Source of the DNA: Desulfobacterales bacterium | GTDB lineage: Bacteria; Desulfobacterota; Desulfobacteria; Desulfobacterales; UBA5852 | Direction: 5' to 3' | Length of the DNA stretch: 64,000 nt | Assembly (NCBI GenBank): GCA_963674755.2 | Contig: CAXXVS010000003.1 | Coordinates: 1,152,001 to 1,216,000 of the forward strand | In this document: positions 38,770-49,051 of the stretch, one piece after another | How the letters are laid out: each line of letters begins with the position of its first letter | Numbering within the stretch: the stretch's first letter is position 1 | Translations under genes and position numbers: made by a program | Notes under the pieces: model-generated | What the model was told of the DNA's origin: nothing | What the model saw: the letters and a program-made list of their open reading frames with translations, nothing else | The model's database searches: none

Positions 38770-39198
38770 TCAGCCCTTCAGGGACGCTTCCAGCTCGATC
38801 CGGGTGCCGGCCAGGGCTTTGGATACCGGGCAGCCCTTCTTGGCGGCTTCAGCCTGCTCCCGAAAGGCCGTCGCGTCCATTCCAGGCACATCGGCGGTGG
38901 TCTTGAGCCGAATGCCGGTGATCGCGAAGCCGCCCTCAACAGGTCCAAGGGTCACCTCGGCGCTTGTTTCGATCGTGCGGGGCGGATGCCCGGCCTGTTC
39001 GAGCAACATGGATAGCGCCATCGAAAAGCAGCCGGCATGGGCTGCGCCGATCAATTCCTCCGGATTTGTTCCGGGGCGGCCCTCGAAGCGGGTGGCGAAA
39101 GAATAAGCGCCGTCGAAAGCGCCGCTGCCGAGCTTCATGGTGCCCTTACCTTTTTTCAGCGTTCCTTCCCATCGGGCGTTCGCTTTGCTTGTGGGCAT
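38770..39198 (-). CDS. osmC: OsmC peroxiredoxin
   Basis: TNPEELIGAAHAGCFSMAL, CPVSKAL. Confidence 0.95.
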   Translation of the reverse strand: MPTSKANARWEGTLKKGKGTMKLGSGAFDGAYSFATRFEGRPGTNPEELIGAAHAGCFSMALSMLLEQAGHPPRTIETSAEVTLGPVEGGFAITGIRLKTTADVPGMDATAFREQAEAAKKGCPVSKALAGTRIELEASLKG

Positions 39199-39646
39199 GG
39201 ATCGATCCTCCTCCGGTGTGGTTTTGGGACGTCAGGTGTCGCTCCGGCATTCCTGTCCTTCATCGTGTAGCAGGCGGGTTCCCCCACGGCTATGGGGTGT
39301 GATGCGTATCTCGTTCTTCTCGGCAGGGTATCCGGCACGATGCGTCCGAAAAATCATACGGTACACCAGTCCCGGGAAATCCGGTGAACGGACCGCCCCC
39401 GTCACCCTGCGCAAGAACTTCCCAGGGTCGATCAAATACCGTGCGCCGCTTCCTGGAATACATCCGATAGCCTATTGGGCTGCGACACGGGACCCTCGTA
39501 GAATAACAACTCATAAAGGAGCCTTGCGGATCCATGCGACCCTGTCACGGAAAGACATCGAAGATTCGCTGAAAGACGCCGGTCCGGCCAAATCGAAGCC
39601 GCCGGCAAAACCCTCATGCCCCAACAACGCTAAGAAGGAGGTTAGG

Positions 39647-40042
39647 ATGACAACCATTGGCGACATTTATCAAACCGCGGACTGGAAATCGGAGAAGCAT
39701 GTGCCCGTGATCGAATGCCCGGACCGTGTGAAAGCGGACGAGGTTTTCGACGTCAAGGTATCCCTCGGCAAGGAAGTGGCCCACCCCAATACCACCGAGC
39801 ATCACATCCGCTGGATTCAGCTCTACTTCAAACCCGAGGGGGGCAAATTCGCCTATCAGGTGGGCAATTTCGAGTTTACGGCCCACGGCGAATCCACCGA
39901 AGGGGCCAACCAGGGCCCGGTGTACACCAACCACACTGCCACGGCCAGCATGAAGATCAACAAGCCGGGGACCCTGCTGGCCACCGCGTTTTGCAACATT
40001 CACGGCCTGTGGGAAAACGCCAAGGCGGTTTCCATCGGGTAA
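39647..40042 (+). CDS. Class II superoxide reductase (neelaredoxin type, 1Fe-SOR)
   Basis: EKHVP, HPNTTEHHI, CNIHG; no N-terminal desulforedoxin domain; RBS aggagg. Confidence 0.93.
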   Translation: MTTIGDIYQTADWKSEKHVPVIECPDRVKADEVFDVKVSLGKEVAHPNTTEHHIRWIQLYFKPEGGKFAYQVGNFEFTAHGESTEGANQGPVYTNHTATASMKINKPGTLLATAFCNIHGLWENAKAVSIG

Positions 40043-40172
40043 AAGATGGTCGAGCCCCGGGATTCCCTGGGGCGCAGGCCTATGGTCTGCCGGGGCGACC
40101 AATCGGATACAGGGTCGACGGCGGCCGTCGCTGCCGACCGCCAACGCAGAATCATTGATAAAAGGAGACGAT

Positions 40173-40502
40173 ATGCGGATGACATATCGTGCCATCGGAA
40201 CCGCCTTGGTGCTTTTGGGTCTGTCCGGGGCGCTATGGGCGGTGCATGCCCAGGATGATAAGATCTACACCCAACAGGGCGTGCTTGAGGACGTGAATGA
40301 TCAAGCCTATACCATCAAGGTGCAGGTACCGCTGGACGATGGTCAGCAGATGACGGTTGCCGGGCCGCTGGTGGAAGGCGCCGTCATACGCATCGAAGGC
40401 CACACGGGTGGGCTGCCCGACCTCATGGTGGGGGAGAACGTCACCGTCACATGGAAAACGACCCCCGAGGGCGTTGCCATTCTGTCCGTACAGCAGCGTT
40501 GA
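40173..40502 (+). CDS. Small exported hypothetical protein
   Basis: RBS aaggag; signal peptide ending VHA; beta-rich. Confidence 0.65.
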   Translation: MRMTYRAIGTALVLLGLSGALWAVHAQDDKIYTQQGVLEDVNDQAYTIKVQVPLDDGQQMTVAGPLVEGAVIRIEGHTGGLPDLMVGENVTVTWKTTPEGVAILSVQQR

Positions 40503-41220
40503 CCGTTCCCTTGCATTGATTTCTCGTCCGGAAAGGCGGCGGTTCCCGCCGTGGGTGTCAAAAATGGGTCCGACAGCGGGTGCAAAGCGGCGGATGCGGG
40601 ATGGGCGCGCCGCAGGACCTGCAGCGGGTCGGGGAGACCGTCCGATTCGGCGGCACGGAAGACGCATGCAGTTCGATTCCGTCCAGGACGCGGATCAGGG
40701 GCAGGTGGAAGCGGCGCTGGTGAATGAAGCCGAGAAGGGTTGACCGGAAGTCGCGGTCGATGACCGGGTTGACATTGCCCGACGGCTCCGCCAGCGCAGT
40801 AGCGTGCGGCGCCGGAATTTGATCGCCGGTCGACGTGTGGGTCGCAAGAGGTTTCATGGGCCTGTCCTTTCGATGGCATTGCGTGCCGCTGGAATGAACG
40901 CTCTTGGTTCTTTGTAGACCATTCCGCAGATCGGACCCATCCGCAACAGACCCCATCCAGGCGGTTATTCACCCCTAGACCTCACCTCCGAAAGCCTTTA
41001 GCCTGGCGATCCCGTTGCTGCTTCCGGATACATCTCCGCTTCTATTTGGATGAAACGCTATGGTGTCTTATTATTATAGTAAAGGCGGATACGGGCCATC
41101 CGTTGGCGGTGTCGGCCCGGCCGGCGTGAATAGATTCCAATCGCGCCTTCTATAGGCGGCAGCTGCGCGGGGCTTCGCGAACGCCCGCCGGCCCTGTGGA
41201 AGGCAGGAAGGAGGCATCCC

Positions 41221-41673
41221 ATGCTGCCTGTCCGAAAAATTCTGGTGTCCACCGATTTCAGTGAACCGGCCAAAGAAGGCTTCCGGAAAGCCTGCCAGAT
41301 CGCCGATCATTTCGGCGCGGAGCTGCTGGTGATCCATGTCAATTCCAACGTCCCCATCGTACCGGCCGGAAACGGTGCGATACCGTTCAATGTGGCGGGC
41401 TACCAGGAAGAGATCCGGCAAATCTCCAAGCGCAACCTGGAAACCTTTATCGTTGCGCAGCAGACCGCCCCAGTGCCCATTACGCCCCTTGTCCGGGAAG
41501 GGGAGATAGCCCACGAAATCGTCCGGGCGGCGGAAGAAAACCAGGCCGACCTCATCGTCATCGCCACCCACGGTTACTCCGGATGGAAGAAGTTCCTCCT
41601 GGGGTCGGTAACGGAAAGGGTGATCCGCATCGCCACGATGCCGGTGCTGACCATTTGCGCGCCGGAGGATTAG
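41221..41673 (+). CDS. Universal stress protein
   Basis: ILVSTDFS, DLIVIATHG, LLGSVTERVI. Confidence 0.93.
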   Translation: MLPVRKILVSTDFSEPAKEGFRKACQIADHFGAELLVIHVNSNVPIVPAGNGAIPFNVAGYQEEIRQISKRNLETFIVAQQTAPVPITPLVREGEIAHEIVRAAEENQADLIVIATHGYSGWKKFLLGSVTERVIRIATMPVLTICAPED

Positions 41674-41843
41674 GGACCTTGGGGGGCCTTCATCCTTCGT
41701 AATCGATCTTTTACGTGTACAATTTCGTCGATACGTCTATCGGGTACGCTGATATCCCTGGCCAGTCGAATCGGGCGCGCCGACATGCCCTTATTCTCGG
41801 GCTTGGTCCGAGAATAAAGATGCCATTTCCGGATGGCCACGTC

Positions 41844-42290
41844 TTAACCTTTCTGGATCAGGTAGAGGCTGACCAGCAACCCCGCACTCCCGAGCAATCG
41901 GGAAAGGCCTATGGGATGCCGGGCAAGGCCGAACAGGCCGAAGTGGTCCAGGATTACCGACAGGATGAGTTGACCCACGATCGTGGCGACCACCGTGCTG
42001 GCGATGCCGATATGGGGGGTCAGCACCAGCAGGGTGGTGACGAATATGACGCCGTAGATGCCGCCCGTATAGTAGATCGGCGGAATGGCTCTGAGTTGGG
42101 CCAAGGAGGGCAGGGCCGGGTGCAGCGCCAGCAGGACGACGATGAGCAGGAGCACCGCGCCGAAAAACGAGATGAAGGTGGCCTGCAGCGGATGGTTGAG
42201 GCCTTCGCTCAAGCGGGCATTGATTGATCCCTGGATCGGCACCAGCCCGCCGGCGCATAACGCCACCACAAGCAGCAGCAGATTTTTCAT
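41844..42290 (-). CDS. DMT-family transporter (YdcZ-like)
   Basis: PIQGSINARL, GGIYG, GQLILSVILDHFG. Confidence 0.88.
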   Translation of the reverse strand: MKNLLLLVVALCAGGLVPIQGSINARLSEGLNHPLQATFISFFGAVLLLIVVLLALHPALPSLAQLRAIPPIYYTGGIYGVIFVTTLLVLTPHIGIASTVVATIVGQLILSVILDHFGLFGLARHPIGLSRLLGSAGLLVSLYLIQKG

Positions 42291-42483
42291 ATTTCCCCTT
42301 TCGGATATTTATCCTATCAGCAATATCGAGATCTTCCTACTCTAGTCACTTTTCCTGATCAGGAAATGGCAACCTTTCGAAAAAATATGAATGAGCTGCA
42401 ATGGCGATTGCAAAAATAGATCTGGCGAGGCCGGATTCTCGACCGTTGTTTTATAGAAAGGAAACGAACAATTTTGCGTAAAT

Positions 42484-42511
42484 GTTTAATGCGTATCGAT
42501 ACGCATTAAAC
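42484..42511. other. Perfect 28-bp palindrome over the darB stop codon
   Basis: GTTTAATGCGTATCGATACGCATTAAAC is its own reverse complement. Confidence 0.8.
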
Positions 42512-43651
42512 CACCGTCAGATGCATGAAGCAGTGCGAAAACCGCCCGCTTTCCGGGATGAAGCACAGCAGGCGCTGGCCCGGTTCCAAGTCCCCGGATT
42601 TGAAAAGCGCCTCCATGATGAGGTAGATCGAGGCGGCGCCCACGTTGCCGGTGGTGTAGAGGTTGGTGAACCACTTCTCGTAGGGGATTTCGAAGCCGGC
42701 TTCCTGCATGCCGGCGTAGAACTTGTCCCGGAAGAAATGGGAGGAGTAGTGGGGCAGGTACCAGTCGATATCGGCGGGCTTGAGATTGTGTTTTGCGGCG
42801 GCCCGGCGCAGGGCGCGGGTCATGGTGGGGACGATCTCGCGGCCCAGCAGGCGCGCGTCCTGGCGCACGGCCAGAAAATTGCAGCAAGCCGCTTCCTTGG
42901 CCGAGGAGGCGGCCCGCCAACCGCTGACCGTGCGGTCTTCGTTCTTCCAGCCGCCGGCGTACATGCAGGTCTCCAGCTCGCCGGCAAAGCTGACATTCTC
43001 GATCCAGTCCACCCGCAGGGAAATACCCTCCGGATTTTTCTCCCCGGAGATAAAGGCCGCCCCGGCCCCGTCGGAAAGCATCCAGCGCAGGAAGTCGGCG
43101 TCGAAGGCCAGGATGGGTTTCTTGGCCAGATCCGCTTCGGGGTCGTCGGCAATCACCGAGAAGAAATCGGCCCGCAGATAGGATGAGGACAATTCCGATC
43201 CGGTGGCAACGGCGTTGGATGAGAAGCCCGCCGCCACGTTCATGCAGGCATGCTTCAAGGCCGTCATCCCGGCGATGCAGATGCCGGCCGTGGTCACGGC
43301 GTCGCAGGCCGGCAGGCAGAGCTCTCCCATAACCATCAGGGCGTGGCCGGGCAGGAGCACGTCCGGGCTGGTGGTGCCGCAGCACAGGCAGGCGATGTCT
43401 TCCAGGTTGAAATTCGCGTAGGGTTTGAGGCGCCGCACAGCCTCGGCCGTGAGCTGGGCGTTGCTGTGGGTGAATTCACCGGTTTCCGGATCCAGGGCGT
43501 AATAGCGCTGCTTGATCTTGTTGTTGCGCAGCATGATGGCCTTGGACCTGGACGGAATGGCCTTGATCCGGCCGAGCACGTCTTCGATGCGCTCGTTCGT
43601 GACCGGTTCGTTGGGCAGAAAGGAGGCGAGATCGGTAATATAGGCGTCCAT
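42506..43651 (-). CDS. darB: DarB/StlD-family beta-ketoacyl synthase III
   Basis: Cys (AGIC), His (LPHYSS), Asn (GNVGAAS) triad; DFLRWMLSDGAGA; PESGRFS. Confidence 0.85.
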   Translation of the reverse strand: MDAYITDLASFLPNEPVTNERIEDVLGRIKAIPSRSKAIMLRNNKIKQRYYALDPETGEFTHSNAQLTAEAVRRLKPYANFNLEDIACLCCGTTSPDVLLPGHALMVMGELCLPACDAVTTAGICIAGMTALKHACMNVAAGFSSNAVATGSELSSSYLRADFFSVIADDPEADLAKKPILAFDADFLRWMLSDGAGAAFISGEKNPEGISLRVDWIENVSFAGELETCMYAGGWKNEDRTVSGWRAASSAKEAACCNFLAVRQDARLLGREIVPTMTRALRRAAAKHNLKPADIDWYLPHYSSHFFRDKFYAGMQEAGFEIPYEKWFTNLYTTGNVGAASIYLIMEALFKSGDLEPGQRLLCFIPESGRFSHCFMHLTVV

Positions 43652-43663
43652 TGATACCTCAAA

Positions 43664-44593
43664 TCAGGATTCGTAGCGATTGCTGCGGTAATAGGCCACG
43701 GCCTTCTCGATAGAGGCCTTCCTGAGCCACAGGGTGACCTTGGCGGCCAGGGTGGCCAGCGGCGCCAGCACCACGATGGCCGCCAAAAGATAAAAGAAAA
43801 AGGCCAGCACCCGGCGCTGACGGGTCGGCGCTCCCGGGCCGCCCTTTTGGCGGATGAAGCGGGCCCAGATGCGAAAGACGCGCCGGATGCGGTGTTCGAA
43901 AATAATGTAGGCCGGCTCCACCGCCACCGCTCCCACGGCGTTCAGCACCTCTTGGTCAAGCCTGGTGATATCTTCCTGCAAAGCCTTGCGCAGGATGATG
44001 CCGAAGCGCGATGCCCGGCGGATGTCCTCCGCGTCCACCCCCGGTTTGGGGAGAAGCCCCAACAGACGGTCCTTGCGGCCGGTGAGCATCCAATAGGCAA
44101 TGGTGGCCACCCCGGTCAGGTTGCCGGCCCGGTCTCCCAGCACGATATTGCCCACCAGGCGCGCGTCCAGCTCCTGGAGACGCTGTTTGACCTGTTCCTG
44201 GGCCAGGAGCCACATATTGCGGCAGCCGATCACGGTTACCACCGGAGTGCCCGGAAAAAGCCGCGCCGCCGCGGGGGATCGCAGAAAGGCCTGCACCGGC
44301 AGGGAAGGCGACAGGTACCACACCGTGTAAGCCAGCACGATCAGGTCGAAGCGGGCTTCGGGATCGAGTTCGAGGGGCGCCAGTTCGCAGGGCACGCCTT
44401 CCACCGACTCCGGGAACACGTCGCAGAAACGCTGGGTCGTCCAGGGGAAAGGATAGGCCGGCTGGGGTTTGAGCGCCAGGGGGGTGATCGCGATCTTGGG
44501 AGCCTCGGCCAGGGGGCCCAGGAGGGAATCGACAATGTCCGTCAACTGGCCGGTCTGGGAATAGTGGACTACGAGAACCTTTGTCATCGTCAC
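43664..44593 (-). CDS. darA: Dialkylresorcinol condensing enzyme DarA
   Basis: YSQTGQL, YPFPW, VWYLSPSLP, VIGCRNMW; directly upstream of darB. Confidence 0.85.
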   Translation of the reverse strand: MTMTKVLVVHYSQTGQLTDIVDSLLGPLAEAPKIAITPLALKPQPAYPFPWTTQRFCDVFPESVEGVPCELAPLELDPEARFDLIVLAYTVWYLSPSLPVQAFLRSPAAARLFPGTPVVTVIGCRNMWLLAQEQVKQRLQELDARLVGNIVLGDRAGNLTGVATIAYWMLTGRKDRLLGLLPKPGVDAEDIRRASRFGIILRKALQEDITRLDQEVLNAVGAVAVEPAYIIFEHRIRRVFRIWARFIRQKGGPGAPTRQRRVLAFFFYLLAAIVVLAPLATLAAKVTLWLRKASIEKAVAYYRSNRYES

Positions 44594-44645
44594 TCAGCCA
44601 GGCGCTTTCCCGGCCCCGTAAAACGTCTATTGAACGAAACGCTTG

Positions 44646-44719
44646 GCGCCACGAAGATTACGAAGAAATGCCGGGAGGTTGACCCGCTATGCTCCGTTTT
44701 CTTCGTGCCCTCCATGGCG
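44646..44719. repeat. Imperfect inverted repeat (ccacgaaga...cttcgtg type)
   Basis: gccacgaagattacgaagaa ... ttcttcgtgccctccatggc. Confidence 0.5.
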
Positions 44720-44812
44720 AACGCTGGTGCTGGTGTTTCCAAGCAACTGAAGCGTTCACTTAAACAAAAAAGCAAGCTAATTTGACCATTTTCCGGCCAA
44801 AAGTCAACCGGG

Positions 44813-45862
44813 TCAATTGGCGGTATGGCTGTTCTTCCAGCACAGGGGATCCGATGCCAGATAATCACCGGTCATCTGGAAGGCCGCCCCCCGGCAGCCG
44901 TAACATTCCGCCGCCCGCTCGCACTCCCGGCAGGGTCCCTTGATGGTCTCGCGGTGGCGCTTCAGGTTCCGGATGACCTCGCTCGTGCGCAGGATGTCAG
45001 CCAGGGGCGTTTCGCGGATATTGCCCACGGCTAGGGTCACCCCCACGCAGGGCAGCACATCGCCCCGGGCCGTGACCAGACAGGAGAAGCGGTGGCGCAG
45101 GCATTTGTTGCCTACCAGGGGCGGCTGGGGCTCCCAGACAAGGCCGTAGCGTTCCCGGTCCAGTCGGGCAATTGCGTAGAAGAGCCGCTCCAGTTCCTCG
45201 GGAGGGACGTTAAGCTCGGGATGATTCGCGGCGTTGGCCTGGGGGGTGATGATTTCGAAATAGGGGGCGATGCCCCGGTCGCGCAACCACTGCCACATGG
45301 TGAGGATGTCGCCCCGATTTTCCCGGCAGATGACGGTGCTCACGGCCAGGAAGCGATCCTCGGACGGATAGCCGGCCTGCCGCAGACGGTTCAGGGATTC
45401 CCGAATCTGCCGATAGCTGCCCTTGACGCCGGTCAGCCGATCCTGGGTGGCTTCGTCGAAGGAGTTCATCTTCAGGACGACCCGCACCGATCGCCCGGCC
45501 AGGGCATCGGCCAGGGCCGGGGTGATCCCCGAGCCGTTGGTGAACATTTCCACGGCCATCCCCTGACCGCGGATAAAGTCGATCATCGCGATGAGATGGG
45601 GGTAGATGCTGGGCTCCCCGCCCAGGATGATGATCTTGCGGGCCCCCAGGGCGTGCGCCTGCCGGATCACGTCGTTTATCTCGCTGCGGCTGAGCTCCTG
45701 GGACACGTCCGGGTTCCGGGGCACGTAGCAGTATGGGCAGCGATAGTTGCAGCGCAGACTGAACTCGATCTCCATGGACAGCAGCCCGCCGCGTGCGGCC
45801 GTCTCCTCGATATCCGCTAGGGGAAACTCAAAATCCGAGGTTTGGATAAAACAGCTGGCCAT
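44813..45862 (-). CDS. Radical SAM protein with SPASM domain
   Basis: CNYRCPYC, GGEP, C...G.V.PC...CRECERAAECYGC...DPLC. Confidence 0.92.
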   Translation of the reverse strand: MASCFIQTSDFEFPLADIEETAARGGLLSMEIEFSLRCNYRCPYCYVPRNPDVSQELSRSEINDVIRQAHALGARKIIILGGEPSIYPHLIAMIDFIRGQGMAVEMFTNGSGITPALADALAGRSVRVVLKMNSFDEATQDRLTGVKGSYRQIRESLNRLRQAGYPSEDRFLAVSTVICRENRGDILTMWQWLRDRGIAPYFEIITPQANAANHPELNVPPEELERLFYAIARLDRERYGLVWEPQPPLVGNKCLRHRFSCLVTARGDVLPCVGVTLAVGNIRETPLADILRTSEVIRNLKRHRETIKGPCRECERAAECYGCRGAAFQMTGDYLASDPLCWKNSHTAN

Positions 45863-45995
45863 AAAGCAAGTCTTTCCATCCTATGAAAAAAGTCCCCACA
45901 GGGACCTCGATCCATCCGAGCCGGTATTTCGGCCCTGTGTCCATAACATGCCCGTCAACGTGTTGTCCATGGACCATTCCGGCACGGCAGTGCCG

Positions 45996-47012
45996 CTAAG
46001 GCGATTCAAACAATTGGGCCAGCTCGGCGGCCATCTCCGGATGGGTGCTTTTCAGCAAATCGTAATGCGCCCGGGCCTGATCGGGTCGCCCCAGGTGCTT
46101 CAAGAGCACCGCCAGGTTGAAGTGGGGGGCCGGCATGGTGGGATCGGCCTGCAGGGCCATTCCCCAGGCATCGAGGGCCAGGTCATATCGCTTGAGACGG
46201 TCATAGCAGTTGCCCAGGTTGTACCAGGCCTCCCCATCGTCGGCGTCGATGCGCACCGCGGCCTGAAACGCCAGCATGGCATCGTGATAGAGGGCCTGCT
46301 CCCCATAGATGACGCCCATATTGTAATAGGCCCGGCCGTAACCGGGATCGATCCGCAGGGCGGACTGGAAGGCCTGCAGGGCGTCATCCTTCTGTTCAAG
46401 GCGCCACAGGCACAGGCCAAGATTGTAGTAGACCTTCTCGTCTGCACCGTAGAGTTTCAGTCCCAGCCGATAGGCCCGGGCGGCTGCTTCATACTTCCCT
46501 TCCATGGCAAGCTGGTTGCCGAGCGCGATCCAGTCTTCTTCCTGGGCAACCGCCTCGGGGTCGGCCGTTTCCGTCTCCGGTGCCATCAGACGGACCAGCT
46601 CCGGATAGCCCCCGACGCGTGCCAGGTGGAGGGGGGTGCGCCCCAAATTGTCCGCCAGGGTGGCATCGGCGCCGTTTTCCACCAGCAGGGCCGTCATCTC
46701 CGCATAGCCCTTGAAGGCCGCCAGGTGCAGGGGCGTACGCCCGTCCCGGTCCCGGGCGTTTGCGTCCAGCCCGGCGGCGATCAGCAGACGGCCCGCCGCC
46801 ACGGCGTTGCTGTTGGCGGCCACATGCAGCAGGGTTTCACCCTTGAAGCCTTTCTTATGGGGATCGGCCCCGCGGTCCATCATCTGCTGCAGCTGGGCCG
46901 CATCATCGGTCCGCACCGCATCCTGGATGTAAGGCCCGCAGGCGTTTAGAAGAAGGAGCAACCAGAGAAAGGTCCCCCCAATAGCCAGACGCAAACGAAT
47001 TTCTTGTTGCAT
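45996..47012 (-). CDS. Ankyrin-repeat/TPR protein, probable lipoprotein
   Basis: LNAC lipobox-like, GRTPLHLA repeats, YYNLG/YNMG TPR repeats. Confidence 0.85.
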   Translation of the reverse strand: MQQEIRLRLAIGGTFLWLLLLLNACGPYIQDAVRTDDAAQLQQMMDRGADPHKKGFKGETLLHVAANSNAVAAGRLLIAAGLDANARDRDGRTPLHLAAFKGYAEMTALLVENGADATLADNLGRTPLHLARVGGYPELVRLMAPETETADPEAVAQEEDWIALGNQLAMEGKYEAAARAYRLGLKLYGADEKVYYNLGLCLWRLEQKDDALQAFQSALRIDPGYGRAYYNMGVIYGEQALYHDAMLAFQAAVRIDADDGEAWYNLGNCYDRLKRYDLALDAWGMALQADPTMPAPHFNLAVLLKHLGRPDQARAHYDLLKSTHPEMAAELAQLFESP

Positions 47013-47126
47013 CACTTTACAAGCATTAGCGCATAATCGTACAAAAGTAAGCCGCAACCCCATGACCCTTCAGATAAGCTCATTACGCCCATCCTCTCTT
47101 CTGGTAGCGTACAAGTTTGTTTCCAG

Positions 47127-47246
47127 AAAAGAGGCGTTTTTGCTCTGACCAAGGCCGCACAAGGGTTTTGCGGTGAGGCGTACGCCGGTACGCCGCAGCC
47201 GAAAAACCCGCTGCGACCGGCCGGTCAGGGGAAAAAAGACCATTTT
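47127..47246. repeat. ERIC-like palindromic intergenic element
   Basis: caagg...gaggcgtac-gccg-gtacgccgca core with imperfect terminal inverted repeats. Confidence 0.55.
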
Positions 47247-47256
47247 GGTTCGGGTA

Positions 47257-48912
47257 CTAGCGGCAGGCAACGCTGTCCTTGATCCGCTTCACATGCCCCC
47301 TGCCCAACCCTTTGACCTCGCAGCCCAGCTCGAAATAGCACCGGATCTTGGCATCGTCCAGCAGATTGAAGCAGTCGATGACCGCCACCGGCCGCCCTGT
47401 CATTTCCACCACAGCCTCGGGTGCCAGGTCGCGATAAGCTTGGTGGCCCACCGCCAGCACGAAGGCGTCGACGCCCGCCAGGGCCGTTTCCAGCCGGTCG
47501 CAGACCACCAGATCTTTCAGCCCCTCCTGGTTGCGGAAAAAGCGACCCATGGAATGCCCGGGGGCCGGGTAGCTCTCCTGCTTTTCCAGCTCCCACCAGC
47601 GCTTCACATAGGGATCGTGGACCACCACGTCGGCCCCCATTTCCGCCAGTTTGCGCACGATCAATTCGGAGCCGCTGTAGCGTGTGTCGCCCACGTCCTG
47701 GCGGTAGGACGCCCCCAGAAGCGCAATCCGCGAGGCCGCCACGATTTTGCCCATGTTGCGCAGGGCGTCGCGTACCAGCTGCACGGCATGCAGGGCCCGG
47801 GTATCGTTGATGTCGATGGCCAGGGGGGTGATTTTGAAAATGTCGTCCTCGAAGCCCATCAGGGTGTTGTAGGCCCAGACGCCCAGGCCGCCGTCCTTGG
47901 GCAGGCAATAGCCGCCGATGCCGGGTCCCGGAAAAATGATGTTGGAGTGGGTGGGACGCACCTTGATGGCGTCCACCACCTTGGTCAAATCCACGCCGTT
48001 GCGCTCGGAGAAAAGGCTCCACTCGTCCAGAAAGGCCAGCAGGGTGGCCCGGTAGGCGTTTTCCACGATCTTGCAGGTTTCGCTTTCGATGGGACGGTCC
48101 AGCACGGTCAGGGGAAATTTCTCAACGTTGAGCACCCGGGAGAGAAAGCGGACGACCTTTTCCCGGGCCGTGGCATCGATGCCGCTGCAGACCCGCCAGA
48201 ACTCCTTGATGGAGGCCACATAGTCCCGCCCGGGCATGACCCGCTCGAAGCTGTGGGCCAGGCAGGGTTCGGCTGTTTGCATCCCCCGGGCTTCAAAGGC
48301 CTTTTTCATGATGGGATAGGCCACGTACTCGGTGGTCCCCGGGGGCACCGTAGTCTCGATCAGGACCAGGCATTCCGGGGTGATCTTGTCGCCGATGACC
48401 TTCAGGCTCTCCTCCAGGGCCTTGATATCGGCATGCCCCTGGCGCACATTGCCTAGCGTCTCCTTGAAATAATCGCACTGCACGTCCACCACCACCACGT
48501 CCGCCAGGCGGAGGGCGTCGTAGGTATAGGTGGCCACAAGGGTCTTCTTGGTCTTGACGCAGCGTGCGATCAGGGGGGCCACTTCAGGGTCTTCGGCTTC
48601 CACCGGTGCCTTTCCCTGGTTGAGACAGGGGATCTTCCAGAAAGAGCGCACCGAAGGCCGCTGCATCCCGATGACGAAGTAGGGCGAATCGCCCGTGGCC
48701 TTATCCTCGGCATCGGCCACCACGCCGGCCATGACAGCCCCCACGAAACCCACCCCCATGACCACCACGATCTGCCGGCCGGCGGCCCGCTGTTTGTCGA
48801 CGAGGGTTTGCAGTCGTTCGAATTCCCGGTCATAATCTTCCTCTGCCGGGAGGGGGAAGGTTTCGCCGCTGGGGGACATGGACGTCAATTGATCCGGTGT
48901 GTTCACTGTCAT
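47257..48912 (-). CDS. UDP-glucose/GDP-mannose dehydrogenase family protein
   Basis: GVGFVG, ETTVPPGTT, KIVENAYR, GPGIGGYCLPKD. Confidence 0.9.
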   Translation of the reverse strand: MTVNTPDQLTSMSPSGETFPLPAEEDYDREFERLQTLVDKQRAAGRQIVVVMGVGFVGAVMAGVVADAEDKATGDSPYFVIGMQRPSVRSFWKIPCLNQGKAPVEAEDPEVAPLIARCVKTKKTLVATYTYDALRLADVVVVDVQCDYFKETLGNVRQGHADIKALEESLKVIGDKITPECLVLIETTVPPGTTEYVAYPIMKKAFEARGMQTAEPCLAHSFERVMPGRDYVASIKEFWRVCSGIDATAREKVVRFLSRVLNVEKFPLTVLDRPIESETCKIVENAYRATLLAFLDEWSLFSERNGVDLTKVVDAIKVRPTHSNIIFPGPGIGGYCLPKDGGLGVWAYNTLMGFEDDIFKITPLAIDINDTRALHAVQLVRDALRNMGKIVAASRIALLGASYRQDVGDTRYSGSELIVRKLAEMGADVVVHDPYVKRWWELEKQESYPAPGHSMGRFFRNQEGLKDLVVCDRLETALAGVDAFVLAVGHQAYRDLAPEAVVEMTGRPVAVIDCFNLLDDAKIRCYFELGCEVKGLGRGHVKRIKDSVACR

Positions 48913-48954
48913 GGTGGCGGTCCTCTTTCGGTAAGGGGTAGTCGTTGGGCGTGT

Positions 48955-48987
48955 GTCGTCATTCTCCGGCTTGACCGGAGAATCCAG
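48955..48987. repeat. CGTC-type REP palindrome
   Basis: cgtc-attctccgg-cttga-ccggagaat-ccag. Confidence 0.7.
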
Positions 48988-49051
48988 TATCGAGAATCCC
49001 ATATCCGGTCATGCCAATGGGCGTTAACCGGGCTCCACCTCGACAACTCCA

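Noticed and set aside
39137..39646. N-terminal extension of the SOR ORF
   Set aside because: Overlaps osmC and its promoter; strong RBS at 39647
40503..41050. Overlapping short ORFs
   Set aside because: No motif or consistent coding signal
45863..45995. RiPP precursor peptide for the SPASM enzyme
   Set aside because: No small ORF with a convincing RBS or precursor-like composition
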